Part shown: positions 19,011 to 29,824 of the stretch, piece after piece
Layout: every line of letters begins with the position of its first letter
Position numbering within the stretch: the stretch's first letter is position 1
Virus record (IMG/VR): IMGVR_UViG_3300013121_000010
Location: 13,903 to 77,902 of that record
Source of the DNA: a virus
Lineage: Duplodnaviria > Heunggongvirae > Uroviricota > Caudoviricetes
Strand: one strand, 5' to 3'
DNA length: 64,000 nucleotides
The notes under the pieces: model-generated
Database searches by the model: none
The model's input: only the letters and a program-made list of their open reading frames with translations
Told to the model about the DNA's origin: nothing
Position numbers and translations under genes: made by a program

Positions 19011-21308
19011 ATGACAACATCATCTAAATCAATAGGTTGTTTTATATCAGGTTCAGTAAGAACTGTTGAATATCCTTTTGAAGTAGAAACTTCTGATAGT
19101 TTTTATAATTCTGGTTCTCAGCTTTTAGATACTACGGATTTAGACCCAACATCAGAAGTCGGTAATGAATATACTTGGAAAACATGTAATATATTTAGTC
19201 AGGATTCTAATTATTACGCTTTACAAAAAGTTTATTCTACAGAACCAAGCGGATATACATCTTTAATAGAAATACCGGTAAACAAAAGAAATTATGTAGA
19301 ACAATACCTATATATTAGTCAATATTATGGCGATTACAATGTCAAGAGTGGTTTAATTTGTAGAACTAAACCTATTGGCAGTAGTGGTCAAGCTCATGGC
19401 GGTTGGTTGTTTTGCATAGATAATGGTGAAACTAGATTATATAGAAAATCTAATGAAAATGATGTAAATTCAGATTGGGATGTTTTAGAAGCTTCTGGTA
19501 TTAATATATTAAATTATGTTGCTGCTGTAAATCAATATGGAAGTGTTGCCGCTACTTATAGAACTGTAGTTTCTGGCGAAACTCTACAATTTTATTATGA
19601 TTCTCAACATCCTAGTGGTGGTACAAACTTATTATTGATAGAACATCAATCAAATAGATATACATCTGATGAATATAATGGTTATGGTTTTTATTCAAAA
19701 GATGGAAAGTTATTAGATTTTCCAGAAACTAATGATATAAGTTTTTATCAATATATAATGACTGCGGCTAAAGACACTGAATACTGGACTGGTCATAATC
19801 CGCCTAGTGGAATGCCTCTTTATATAGATGGTATAGGAACAGAAGCTTCCGGTGTAGATTTATATATTAAAGGTTTACCTCAAGGATACTGCCAGTATAC
19901 TCCACATGAATGGTCTATTTATACAAGTGATAGTTTTGACCGTGGAGAAGATTTAACAGATTTAGGCCAAACCAATCTTGTCCCAACAATGGATGTTGGT
20001 ACTATGAAAGATTGGAAGTCTAGTAATATGAATATAAGTGGTGGTGGTTATTATGTTAGTCAAAGAGAACAAAACTTATCTACACCAAACCCAACTGGTC
20101 ATGTTGCTTTTATAGAAGGTAATGGTAATTATGATTATCAAGATGTTAGTGTTTATTTAAATCCATATTATTATTACGAAACAAATAATAGAGCTGGTGT
20201 AATTTTAAGAGCTAATGCTTCTGGAGAATTTGGACATTCTAGAAATGGAATTTTATTTTGTTTAGATAATGGTGTTGCTAAACTATATAAAAGAGATAAT
20301 GATGATGATTTTAATGCTCCATTTAATACATTAGTTGATGAAGGAACAGATGTTTTAAATACTTATGGTAGTGGTCCAGGTTCATATTTATACGGAACTT
20401 TAAGAGCGGTAGCTTCTGGTGAGTATATAAAGGGGTATTGGAATGATGATGTTATCTTAGAACATATTGATGAAACCTTATATCGTTCTTCTTCTAATGA
20501 TGATATGGGTTTCTATATTGATGATAAATATTATCCTGACAGTCAAATATATATTGATGATTTTAAGTGTAGCTCTGCAAATGCTGAAAGTTATGTTTAT
20601 TGCAGTAATTCAGGAATTCCACTTTACACGCAAAGTTTACCTGATTATGGTAGTGGGCAAATGCCTTTATTTACATTATCTAAAGGCACCGCCTCACAAT
20701 TAAGAACTTTATATATTAAGAATGCTATGGCTGGTAGTGGTCAAATACCATTATATACAATTGGCCATATACCTTCTAATACTGGAATTCCACTTTATAC
20801 TATTTCTATAGGTGATGCTAGTGGTCAAATTCCACTATATATGGTAGGTCATATACCTTCTAATACAGGAATACCACTATATATTGAAGGTATGATTAGG
20901 TCAAGCGGTCTTATGCCTCTTTATACTATTAATAATCCTACAACATCTAATATAGCTCTATATATTCATTATTTAGCAGAACCAATGGGCGGTTCCACTA
21001 TTCCGTTATACTTATACAATTCAGGAAGTACAAAAAGTCAAGATTTGGTTGTTTGGGGGCGTTCTCTTAATGATAATTCAACAAACAATGCGATTCCGGT
21101 AGATTCAACTATTGCTTTATTTACTGGTGGTGACGGTGTATATAATAGTGTTCCTTTATATTTAATTTGTGGAACAGGAGAATTAAATAATTCACAATAT
21201 TTATACATTAATAGTTTAGATTCTTCAAATAATTCAATTCCATTATTTATGCCTTCTGGTGTAATTGAAGAAAGTAAAAACTTAAAACTGTATACTCATG
21301 GATTCTAA
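19011..21308 (+). CDS. Tail-associated protein with duplicated beta-domain and C-terminal IPLY repeats (about 765 aa)
   Basis: ATG at 19011 follows the tape measure stop at 19003 and is preferred over 18951. Internal duplication (GWLFCIDNGETRLYRK versus GILFCLDNGVAKLYKR) and IPLY repeats. Confidence 0.65.
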   Translation: MTTSSKSIGCFISGSVRTVEYPFEVETSDSFYNSGSQLLDTTDLDPTSEVGNEYTWKTCNIFSQDSNYYALQKVYSTEPSGYTSLIEIPVNKRNYVEQYLYISQYYGDYNVKSGLICRTKPIGSSGQAHGGWLFCIDNGETRLYRKSNENDVNSDWDVLEASGINILNYVAAVNQYGSVAATYRTVVSGETLQFYYDSQHPSGGTNLLLIEHQSNRYTSDEYNGYGFYSKDGKLLDFPETNDISFYQYIMTAAKDTEYWTGHNPPSGMPLYIDGIGTEASGVDLYIKGLPQGYCQYTPHEWSIYTSDSFDRGEDLTDLGQTNLVPTMDVGTMKDWKSSNMNISGGGYYVSQREQNLSTPNPTGHVAFIEGNGNYDYQDVSVYLNPYYYYETNNRAGVILRANASGEFGHSRNGILFCLDNGVAKLYKRDNDDDFNAPFNTLVDEGTDVLNTYGSGPGSYLYGTLRAVASGEYIKGYWNDDVILEHIDETLYRSSSNDDMGFYIDDKYYPDSQIYIDDFKCSSANAESYVYCSNSGIPLYTQSLPDYGSGQMPLFTLSKGTASQLRTLYIKNAMAGSGQIPLYTIGHIPSNTGIPLYTISIGDASGQIPLYMVGHIPSNTGIPLYIEGMIRSSGLMPLYTINNPTTSNIALYIHYLAEPMGGSTIPLYLYNSGSTKSQDLVVWGRSLNDNSTNNAIPVDSTIALFTGGDGVYNSVPLYLICGTGELNNSQYLYINSLDSSNNSIPLFMPSGVIEESKNLKLYTHGF
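20613..21305 (+). repeat. About 14-aa (I/M)PL(Y/F) repeats, including a recent 84-bp tandem duplication
   Basis: SGQIPLYTIGHIPSNTGIPLY and SGQIPLYMVGHIPSNTGIPLY start at 20736 and 20820 (84-bp offset) with high nucleotide similarity. Confidence 0.8.
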
Positions 21309-21313
21309 ATAAT

Positions 21314-22858
21314 ATGCCAGTACAATATGATAGTAAAAAAATAATACCTGCACCATTTGCTAGTATAGAAAAAACCTATATTAGGTCTGGTGATACTAAT
21401 AAAGTAGGTTCTACATTTACAATTACATTAACTGGTAGAATAGTTACTTGTGGTGGTTCCCCTAATTCTGTTGGTGAATTTTTCAGTGATTCTGGTTATC
21501 CAGATTCTTCATTCCAAGATGATTCTACAGATGGTCAATTATTGACGGTAGAACAAAGACAGGCATTTTTACAAAGAAAAACTCAAGCTATTAGACATTT
21601 GTTTTCTAATGATGGTAAAAGTTTTGAATTACAACCTTTTGACGGCTCAGCACCTATTAAGTGTTACCCAAGAGTTAATTCAATTTCTTTTCAGGAAGGT
21701 GTTTGGGTAGATTATATACCATATACTATTGTTTTGGAAGCTGATGAGTTGTACGGTATTAATAATGAATTTATAAAAGATGCGGAAGATTTTAATTCTG
21801 AACAAGATTTCTTTAAAGACGCAGACGGAGTTAAATTATATCTTACAGAAGCAAACGAAAGTTGGCAGTTGGAAACTGTAGACGGCGAGCCTGAAAACCT
21901 AGATAATTTATATACTTATAGATTAACTCATAATATAAGTGCTACTGGTAGAAAAGTGTATAATGACGGCGGTTTAATTAGTGCTGGTTGGGAACAAGCT
22001 AAAAGGTGGGTTAAGACTAGACTTGGTATTGATAATGTTTTTGTTAATGATACTATAGCTTTAAAATTAACAAGTAAAACTGGTTATAATCATGTAAGAA
22101 CAGAAAACACTGATGAATTAACTGGTCAATATTCGGTAACAGAAACTTGGATTATAGCGTCTGGAAATTGCAGAGAAGATTTCACTGTAGACACTCAATA
22201 TTCATTAGAAAGTGGATTAACTAGAGTTGTTATTAACGGAGAAATAATTGGTTTTGATACTAAAAATAGCACAACTATGCAAATTTCAGAAACAAAATAT
22301 CAGGCTGCTTCTGTAAAATATGCAAATATATCTAGTGGTGTAACCCCAACAATATTTACTAGGGCACAAACATATTCTGGTATAACATTAAATACTCAAG
22401 TTTTGTCTACATCTGTAGGCAAAAATCCTTTGGTTGGCAGAATAAATTATAGTTTTGAATATGATAATAGGCCGTCTAATTGTATATCTAACGCTCTCAC
22501 AGAAAGTATAGTTATTACAGATAAGAACCCAACTGATATTTTTGCTAATATTCCTGTTATAGGAAGAACTAATGGTCCAGTATTGCAGGATATGGGTACA
22601 ACAACAGAAAGAACAAGAACTGTAAATATAGATGTGAATGTTTTACCAGTATCAATATGCCCAACAAATAAAACCTTAGTGGCTTCATTAATGAGTGCTT
22701 CGCCAGCTAGTGAAGTAGAAAATATTATTAATGCTTTTGAAGATGATTTAGAAGATAATTATGAAAAGGTTTTTCGTTCAGAAGATAATCCAAGTTGGAC
22801 ACCAAAAACAGGAAGATATTCTAGAACTGTGACATGGACATTTGGGAGTTGTAATTAA
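21314..22858 (+). CDS. Putative distal tail/hub protein (514 aa)
   Basis: Beta-rich, T/S-rich ORF in the tail-tip position downstream of the tape measure. Confidence 0.5.
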   Translation: MPVQYDSKKIIPAPFASIEKTYIRSGDTNKVGSTFTITLTGRIVTCGGSPNSVGEFFSDSGYPDSSFQDDSTDGQLLTVEQRQAFLQRKTQAIRHLFSNDGKSFELQPFDGSAPIKCYPRVNSISFQEGVWVDYIPYTIVLEADELYGINNEFIKDAEDFNSEQDFFKDADGVKLYLTEANESWQLETVDGEPENLDNLYTYRLTHNISATGRKVYNDGGLISAGWEQAKRWVKTRLGIDNVFVNDTIALKLTSKTGYNHVRTENTDELTGQYSVTETWIIASGNCREDFTVDTQYSLESGLTRVVINGEIIGFDTKNSTTMQISETKYQAASVKYANISSGVTPTIFTRAQTYSGITLNTQVLSTSVGKNPLVGRINYSFEYDNRPSNCISNALTESIVITDKNPTDIFANIPVIGRTNGPVLQDMGTTTERTRTVNIDVNVLPVSICPTNKTLVASLMSASPASEVENIINAFEDDLEDNYEKVFRSEDNPSWTPKTGRYSRTVTWTFGSCN

Positions 22859-22860
22859 TA

Positions 22861-25800
22861 ATGGCAAGTGCTTGCGGACCATTTTCACAAACATTGTTTC
22901 TTGGTGCTAGTATAACTAAAGCTTCCTGTAGTTTAGGATGGAATGGCGATAGTGGCCGTTTAAGTGTTGAATTATTAGAAGATTCTTGTAGAGATTCTAC
23001 TAGAGTTTATTATGATACTTATGGTAATGTAAGAACTACTACTCAACCAGATTTTTTTAATCCGCCTAAAGTAGGCCATCCTATCTATTTTAAACTAGGC
23101 AATTTAACTTATGGTGGTATATTACAAAATTGGGAACAAAATGTTTCGCCAGATGGCGGTAAAGTATATACAGTTAATTGTATAGACCCAGTTGAAATAT
23201 TAGAAGGAACAAATGTAATAATTAACAATTATACTGGCCAAATATTTAATGTTCCTAATTTAATAAATGCTTTTGGTTATATACAATCTTTACGCGGAGC
23301 TTGCAATGTCCAAGCTAATTTAGCATCTTTAAATCCGCCAATTGGTTATGTTCCAGCACAAGGTTATGGTGGTAATGATATTACGTCTGAAGGTATGACT
23401 TGGTTTGATATTAAAAATGCTATAATGACACTTGGTAATAGTCCAAGTTCTAGTTATGGAGGTATGATACAACTTCGTGATACTAGATATTATATTGATA
23501 TTAGTGAATTACCTGAATTAGATTCCAGTTTTAGAATAAGTGGCGATAGTGTTACTTTATTAGAATTGATTTCTCAGGTTTGTCAGGCTGTTGGTTATGA
23601 TTACTTTATAGAATTAATTTATGCTACACCAGGAAATGTAAATAGTGATTATAGTGGCACTTCCGGCCATTTACACCCTGATGTAATGAAATTTATAAAA
23701 GTAAGGATTGCTAATAGAAGAGTTCAAAAATTAAGTGCTTATAATGTAGATGTTACGGTTGGTTCACCTGTAGAAAATAGACTTTCTTTAGGTACTATTA
23801 CTAGATTTATTGGTAATGGCAATGGCACAAATCGTTCAAATCGCGGTCTTGAGCTTCGCTCAGACGTTACAAATGTATTTTTAGTTGGTGATAATAGAAG
23901 AGATTTGTGGCAACAACCTTATAGCGGTGACGGTGATGGTCTAACAGATACAATCTGGCCATTCTGGGGATTTGATGAGCTTAACTTTCCTTTGCGTGGT
24001 CAAGGGTTTGATTCACAACATCAATTTACTATTAATACTACTAATTGGGGACCGGAGTTCGCCGCATTAAACAATGCTTACACAATAAATATAGCAGAAA
24101 TAAGAGCAGCTTTAGCTGGTTATGAAGAATGGTCTGTTTATATGCATGTGTTTAAGAATGATATATTTACTGCATTAGAACTAGATTCTTCTTTTGATGT
24201 AGTAGAAATGATGAATTTTATTATAGCTAATCCTAATGCTAAACCAAGACCTCAAGATTGGAAGAATACTGCTATAAATCAAGCTAATACTGCAAATAGA
24301 AGAGGTAAGCATTTATTAGCTAATAATGCTGGTAGAACACTTGATGAAATTCAACAATTTTTGTTTGAACAAGTAAAGAGTTATGCAGAGAACTATGGTA
24401 AGAAGTTCTTGGTGTCTCTACCTTTAATTTGTGCCCAAAGCGACGATAGCACACCATTTGGAATAAAATTAAACTGGAAGCCTGTAGATGCGGCATGGAC
24501 AGATGCGGCGATTCGTTTACACCCAAGTATACCAAACGATGAAGTGTTAGAGCAGAACCCAACTCAACCTAATAATTTATTTAGGAATGGCACATACTTA
24601 GATAAATTTAGAAATGAAGAAGGTTTAATAGAGTGTTTTGTTTATTTTAATACTGGTGATGATGATAAGAAAATTGATTATTCAAAAATTGATGTAGAAG
24701 ATGTTTTGCAAATTTCAGATACAGAATGTTATGTTCGTGCTAGAGTAGAACAAATAACATTTATGGACCCATTAAATTTAAGATATGCAAGAGCTATAGT
24801 CAGCATTAATCAACCTATAACAATAATATCAGAAGAAGATGAAGATGATATTCCTATTTGGAACGCTTTATTAGTAGCTTTTGGTCAAATTAATGGAAAT
24901 GATTTTCAAGATTGGGTTGCAAATAACATGAATATTGTTGGAAATGATACCAACCTATTAAGTTATTATCCATTGGCTTTATTACCAAAAGGGGCGGCAG
25001 TTCCGCTTATTAGTGATAATTTATCGTATGGGCCTTGGTTCACAAGTTTAGTTCTTGGTCCAGCAGCAAAAACAGTATATGAAAGAGATACTTCATTCTC
25101 ACCTTGGTCTTTTGGTTCTACATCAAATATGAATAATGGTGCTAGAATAAAAGTAGAGACTGCTGTTACTCAACAAATAGTAAATGAAGCTGGTTCTGTC
25201 ACACTTCCAGGTTCACCTTTATTTAGATTGGGAGCTACTTTACAGGCTGGCGGGCCAGAAATAACAAATATAGATGTGTCTACTGATGTTCAGGGTGGCG
25301 TTACAACTAATGTTAGATTTAGAACCTTTGTTCAGAATTTTGGTGAATTAGGTCGCCGTAGAGTTGAAAACCTTCGTAAATTTGGTACTCAACAACAAAA
25401 ATTACAAAGAGCTTTTAGAAAAATAAATGTAAATGGAGATAGAAAACAAACACAGATAAATCTAATAAAAGAACTTACTAAATCAGATAGATTTAACCGT
25501 AATTCTTCTCATACTTTATTAGCTGCCCAACAAGTAGAAGATTATGAAAACACAAATCATTTCCGCACTACAGTAGTAATGACAGACGAAAGAAAATTAA
25601 TGCCGGAAATAGTAGATGATTATGAAAATAAAGCAATGATGGATATGAACGGAATGTTCAGGCCGTTTTGTACTCAAGAAAGCTCCTACACTGATTTTCC
25701 TTGCTTTAAACAAGTTACACCTACCGACAGTAAGAAAATTACTGACGTTTCATTAAACCCATTTAAATCATCAGAAGAATATTATGGTGATAGTGATGGG

Positions 25801-26328
25801 CATGATATTGAAATTGTAAGTAGAGCAGAAGATATTGAAGAATTAGAAGATTTTAATATAAAGCGTGCGGGTGAGTATAGTTCTGATATAGTTCGTGCGG
25901 TTGGTTTGCGTGGACCAGTAGTAATTGTTGGTTGGGGATTTGATACGAAGGGTAAACCAGTACCAAATGAAAATCCAAGTAATCCAACTGAAAACTTTTA
26001 TGATGATTATTTGAGGCGTCCTGATAAGTGGAAGGCTGGACCTTTAGATGTTAGGTGGGATGAAGAGAGGGGTGTTTGGAAGGCTAGTGGTGGAAGTAGT
26101 GTAAAAAGAGCTGTATTAAAAAATATATTACATTATAGAGATTCTGCTTATGCTAGTGGTATATATTATGATTCTAATCTAGGTAAAGATATAATAGATG
26201 ACCCGAATATTCTTTTATATGATTTTTTATTGAAAAATAACGGTCATTGTTTAGGTGTTGGTACTAATGTTTTTTATACTGAGGAAGAGCAGAGCGGTAG
26301 ATTATATGTTGTTAATGCTAGTTGTTAA
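22861..26328 (+). CDS. Putative tail-tip/baseplate hub protein (1155 aa)
   Basis: N-terminal hub-like pattern (VELLED...YFKLG...GGILQNW...DP.EIL); position in the tail-tip block. Confidence 0.5.
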   Translation: MASACGPFSQTLFLGASITKASCSLGWNGDSGRLSVELLEDSCRDSTRVYYDTYGNVRTTTQPDFFNPPKVGHPIYFKLGNLTYGGILQNWEQNVSPDGGKVYTVNCIDPVEILEGTNVIINNYTGQIFNVPNLINAFGYIQSLRGACNVQANLASLNPPIGYVPAQGYGGNDITSEGMTWFDIKNAIMTLGNSPSSSYGGMIQLRDTRYYIDISELPELDSSFRISGDSVTLLELISQVCQAVGYDYFIELIYATPGNVNSDYSGTSGHLHPDVMKFIKVRIANRRVQKLSAYNVDVTVGSPVENRLSLGTITRFIGNGNGTNRSNRGLELRSDVTNVFLVGDNRRDLWQQPYSGDGDGLTDTIWPFWGFDELNFPLRGQGFDSQHQFTINTTNWGPEFAALNNAYTINIAEIRAALAGYEEWSVYMHVFKNDIFTALELDSSFDVVEMMNFIIANPNAKPRPQDWKNTAINQANTANRRGKHLLANNAGRTLDEIQQFLFEQVKSYAENYGKKFLVSLPLICAQSDDSTPFGIKLNWKPVDAAWTDAAIRLHPSIPNDEVLEQNPTQPNNLFRNGTYLDKFRNEEGLIECFVYFNTGDDDKKIDYSKIDVEDVLQISDTECYVRARVEQITFMDPLNLRYARAIVSINQPITIISEEDEDDIPIWNALLVAFGQINGNDFQDWVANNMNIVGNDTNLLSYYPLALLPKGAAVPLISDNLSYGPWFTSLVLGPAAKTVYERDTSFSPWSFGSTSNMNNGARIKVETAVTQQIVNEAGSVTLPGSPLFRLGATLQAGGPEITNIDVSTDVQGGVTTNVRFRTFVQNFGELGRRRVENLRKFGTQQQKLQRAFRKINVNGDRKQTQINLIKELTKSDRFNRNSSHTLLAAQQVEDYENTNHFRTTVVMTDERKLMPEIVDDYENKAMMDMNGMFRPFCTQESSYTDFPCFKQVTPTDSKKITDVSLNPFKSSEEYYGDSDGHDIEIVSRAEDIEELEDFNIKRAGEYSSDIVRAVGLRGPVVIVGWGFDTKGKPVPNENPSNPTENFYDDYLRRPDKWKAGPLDVRWDEERGVWKASGGSSVKRAVLKNILHYRDSAYASGIYYDSNLGKDIIDDPNILLYDFLLKNNGHCLGVGTNVFYTEEEQSGRLYVVNASC

Positions 26329-26337
26329 AGGTTAAAA

Positions 26338-29300
26338 ATGTCAACAAAAGAAAAATCTTATATTAATGGCGGTGGTAACTGTTGTATTAGAGTTGTTTCT
26401 CAGTATCCATGTCAATCTTTATTATGTGCTGAACTTGATTATGATGGTAATGTAATAGAAAGAGAATTGCCAATAGGTTATAAGCCAACTGATAGTAATT
26501 CATCAATAGAATTATTTCCGAGGGTTGGTGGCGTTTCAGAAGAAACATATGGAAAACAATTGGGAAATGCTGCTCCATGTGTATTATCCATAAGTGTTAA
26601 TAATTTATCTAGTAAAGATTTTAGATATTCTTATTGTAATAAATGTGAGTCTTTAAATGGAATATATAAAGTATATAAATTACCAATTGGTCATTATCAA
26701 TCTTTACTACCATTACCGCAATATGACTACACTTGTTTAAAAGGATATGAAGCTGTTTCAGGAAGTGTAAATTTTAAATTTTCAGATATTTGGTTTGGTT
26801 ATTTATGTTCTACACAAACAAAACTAGAAGATGTTTGTGGTTATCATGGCATTTTATTTTTCTTATATTTAGATTCTAGTGATAATATTTATGCGGCTTG
26901 TGGCATATTAAATAGAAATCGTGATTTTTATTCTTCTAGTTCACCATATTTAAAAATAAATTTTTTACGCAAATCTCTTATTGGTTCGTTAAGTTACCCA
27001 AGTAATTACAATAGGTTAAATGTTTATAATAGTTACTATAATAATTTTTCTAACTTAAACTGTCTTAATATAGATAATTTAATTTTAGATGAACCTATAA
27101 GTGAAGAAGAATTTAATAATATAGATTTAAATCAAATATTCTTAAACGGTAATAATATTGGTAATCCAGGTGATATAAACGGGGTTAATAAAATTAGCTC
27201 TCTTTTTACTTACGGTAAAGATTCTTTTGTGGATTGTGAAAGTGGTGATTTAACATATTCTATAAATAAGGTTAGTGATGATATAAATGATTCTCTTAAA
27301 AATTTAGCGGCTTCTATTGTTTATGTGAAGTCTGGGTTTCCTTTTGAAAACTTTACTAATATTTATGAAGAACCACAAATAATTGATGCTCCATCTGACG
27401 GTGAACCATATTTAACTTTTAGACTAACAGATAATCAATTATTATATAATCATAATTATGATTATGAAATTAGCGTTAACTATCCATATGATGAGTATGT
27501 TTTTAGTTACTCATATTATACTAGATATGATAGACCATTATCTATAGAAATAAAACCGTCTGTTATAGAACTAGAAATAATGGGTATTAGCGATAATGAT
27601 TGTTTAGAATGTGAAAAAATAAATGGTAAACATATTTTACATCACACTAATACATATGATGCCTTTAGTGGAGGTAATTTTAATCAATATACTACTGGTG
27701 GTTCTTTATTTTTTGGTATAGCAGATGATACATTTACATCATCTTTTTTTGGAACTACTGGAATATATCCAAGATATTCAAAGTTATTTATAGAACAAAA
27801 TTTAGATTTATATGAAGATGAAGATTATAATTCTAACCAAATAGTTTGTAGTAATTGCGTTTCTTGTGGTCCATATTTTAATATAATAACTGCCACAACA
27901 TACTTTCATGGTAATTTAAACCAACTTATTTTTGAAATAAAATTTACAAATTTAAATAATAATAATACCCCTATTAAATATAGATATAATTTAGGTGATA
28001 ATGCTACTATTTTTTATGAAGATTCTTTTGAAATAAGTAATTTTACAAATTTAGAAGTTTCTGGAACAACATGTAATATTAATGAAGAAAATTTTACTAG
28101 TAAATTTAGCGATTATAAAAGATTAAATAAAAATTACGACTATAAAATACCATGTGTTCCAGAAGATTATCCATGTTCATTATGCTACGCTTCTGAACCT
28201 CCAAGTAATGTAATTATAAATTTCCCTAATAATTGGAGGACTTCATATGTTGGTTCTAATTGTAATGAATATGAATTAATATCTTATTGTAATACTGGAT
28301 ATCCATACTATACTACATTTGCTAAAAGATATAGATATGGTATGTTACCATTATGTGATTCTTGTGGAATATACAATGAAAATATAAATGGTCCTGTAGG
28401 AGATTATATTCTGTCTCGTTCTGTTTTTCAAGGTAATGATATAAATAACTTTTCGTATAAAATTCCATCAGATTTAATAAAAAACGTTTTATTAAATAAA
28501 AACTGTGATAGAAATAATAATTATTACAGTAATGTAAATGAATATCATAATAGCTGTGTATGGTCTTATATAAACAATAGTAATATAAAACAAGATGGTT
28601 ATAATAAAAGATTTAATTCTGAATCAAGTAAACTTTGTAATTCAAATGGTTATACTATTATAACAGATTATCCTGATTATAATCATTCATATTGTGATTT
28701 TGATTTAATAACATTTAAAATGTATCCATATATAACTAGGGGGTATACTAATTATTCTTTTGAGGGGAGATATTTTATTTTTGAGGTTAAAATTGTAAAA
28801 TTTCCTAAAAGAGGTATAAAGAATCCATTTTTTCACTCAAATAAAACTATTAGTGGTGATTGGATAAGAACATGTGATGATTATAATGAAAGTGATTTGT
28901 CATATGATAATTATCCTTATAATGGGTGGCAATCTGTGTTTCATAAAAAGGTAAAGGTACCACAAATAAATGATTTATCCACTGGATTTAATTATATAGG
29001 AGATAATATAGTTGTTTATAAAAGAAACACTACTTTACAGTTTTATATTGACCTTAAAAATATATCTAACTTAGAATTAAATTGTGAATATAATAATAAT
29101 AGTTGTGGTTCAAGTGATGAATTATGTAATTATGAAGGTGAATTTAGTAGCTTATTAAATAATATTGGGCAAACAATTGCTTGGGGGAGAGCATACACAA
29201 CTCGTGACTTAAATGCTCATCCAGGCAGTTTTAATGGTTCTAGTTCTATTAACGCTAGATATGCTTTAGATAATTTAAAAGAAACTGTTTGTAACTATCC

Positions 29301-29403
29301 TGGCATTCCATATGAAATTAATAAATATATGCTTGGAACTGGATGTAGTGATATAGATGGCTCTGAAACTGATAGTGTAAAAATAACATTGAGTAGTTTA
29401 TAA
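26338..29403 (+). CDS. Cys/Asn/Tyr-rich putative receptor-binding or distal tail protein (1021 aa)
   Basis: About 40 Cys (count by eye), recurring CxxC..NG.(Y/H) units, lower GC than the upstream gene in sampled lines; follows the hub. Confidence 0.5.
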   Translation: MSTKEKSYINGGGNCCIRVVSQYPCQSLLCAELDYDGNVIERELPIGYKPTDSNSSIELFPRVGGVSEETYGKQLGNAAPCVLSISVNNLSSKDFRYSYCNKCESLNGIYKVYKLPIGHYQSLLPLPQYDYTCLKGYEAVSGSVNFKFSDIWFGYLCSTQTKLEDVCGYHGILFFLYLDSSDNIYAACGILNRNRDFYSSSSPYLKINFLRKSLIGSLSYPSNYNRLNVYNSYYNNFSNLNCLNIDNLILDEPISEEEFNNIDLNQIFLNGNNIGNPGDINGVNKISSLFTYGKDSFVDCESGDLTYSINKVSDDINDSLKNLAASIVYVKSGFPFENFTNIYEEPQIIDAPSDGEPYLTFRLTDNQLLYNHNYDYEISVNYPYDEYVFSYSYYTRYDRPLSIEIKPSVIELEIMGISDNDCLECEKINGKHILHHTNTYDAFSGGNFNQYTTGGSLFFGIADDTFTSSFFGTTGIYPRYSKLFIEQNLDLYEDEDYNSNQIVCSNCVSCGPYFNIITATTYFHGNLNQLIFEIKFTNLNNNNTPIKYRYNLGDNATIFYEDSFEISNFTNLEVSGTTCNINEENFTSKFSDYKRLNKNYDYKIPCVPEDYPCSLCYASEPPSNVIINFPNNWRTSYVGSNCNEYELISYCNTGYPYYTTFAKRYRYGMLPLCDSCGIYNENINGPVGDYILSRSVFQGNDINNFSYKIPSDLIKNVLLNKNCDRNNNYYSNVNEYHNSCVWSYINNSNIKQDGYNKRFNSESSKLCNSNGYTIITDYPDYNHSYCDFDLITFKMYPYITRGYTNYSFEGRYFIFEVKIVKFPKRGIKNPFFHSNKTISGDWIRTCDDYNESDLSYDNYPYNGWQSVFHKKVKVPQINDLSTGFNYIGDNIVVYKRNTTLQFYIDLKNISNLELNCEYNNNSCGSSDELCNYEGEFSSLLNNIGQTIAWGRAYTTRDLNAHPGSFNGSSSINARYALDNLKETVCNYPGIPYEINKYMLGTGCSDIDGSETDSVKITLSSL

Positions 29404-29404
29404 A

Positions 29405-29821
29405 ATGTCAATTCAAAATTGCAACTTTCAACCAGACGGCGACGGCAAATTTATTTGCCAAGAATGTGGGCTTCGTGTTCCTCGCCAGAACATAAAAGCA
29501 AACTGTAAAGTAAAAAATAAGGGGTATACACCACCTTCTTTACCAGAAAGAATTCAAAACTTTACTATATCAGCAGTAAAACATGCGGCTGCTGGTAATC
29601 CAAAGGTTCCAGAACATATAATGAAAGAAAGACTTGCAATATGCAAGGAATGTCCACTATTTAAACCAAACGATAATGATGTTGGTGGTGTATGTACTCA
29701 TAGTACTTGTGGTTGTAATATAAAAGATAATATGGAATATTTAAATAAATTAGCATGGGCAGACCAGAAATGTCCAATTGACCGTTGGGGAGTGTATAAT
29801 AGTATTGATGAGGTAAAATAA
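29405..29821 (+). CDS. Small Cys-rich protein (DUF6171-like)
   Basis: RLAICKECP...C...CGC..K....QKCPIDRW pattern, plus an N-terminal CQECG zinc-ribbon-like motif. Confidence 0.55.
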   Translation: MSIQNCNFQPDGDGKFICQECGLRVPRQNIKANCKVKNKGYTPPSLPERIQNFTISAVKHAAAGNPKVPEHIMKERLAICKECPLFKPNDNDVGGVCTHSTCGCNIKDNMEYLNKLAWADQKCPIDRWGVYNSIDEVK

Positions 29822-29824
29822 CAA

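Noticed and set aside
26338-29403. Diversity-generating retroelement target, suggested by the Asn-rich tail protein
   Set aside because: No reverse transcriptase and no TR/VR repeat pair seen. Intergenic space is too small for a template repeat. Elements outside the window cannot be excluded.
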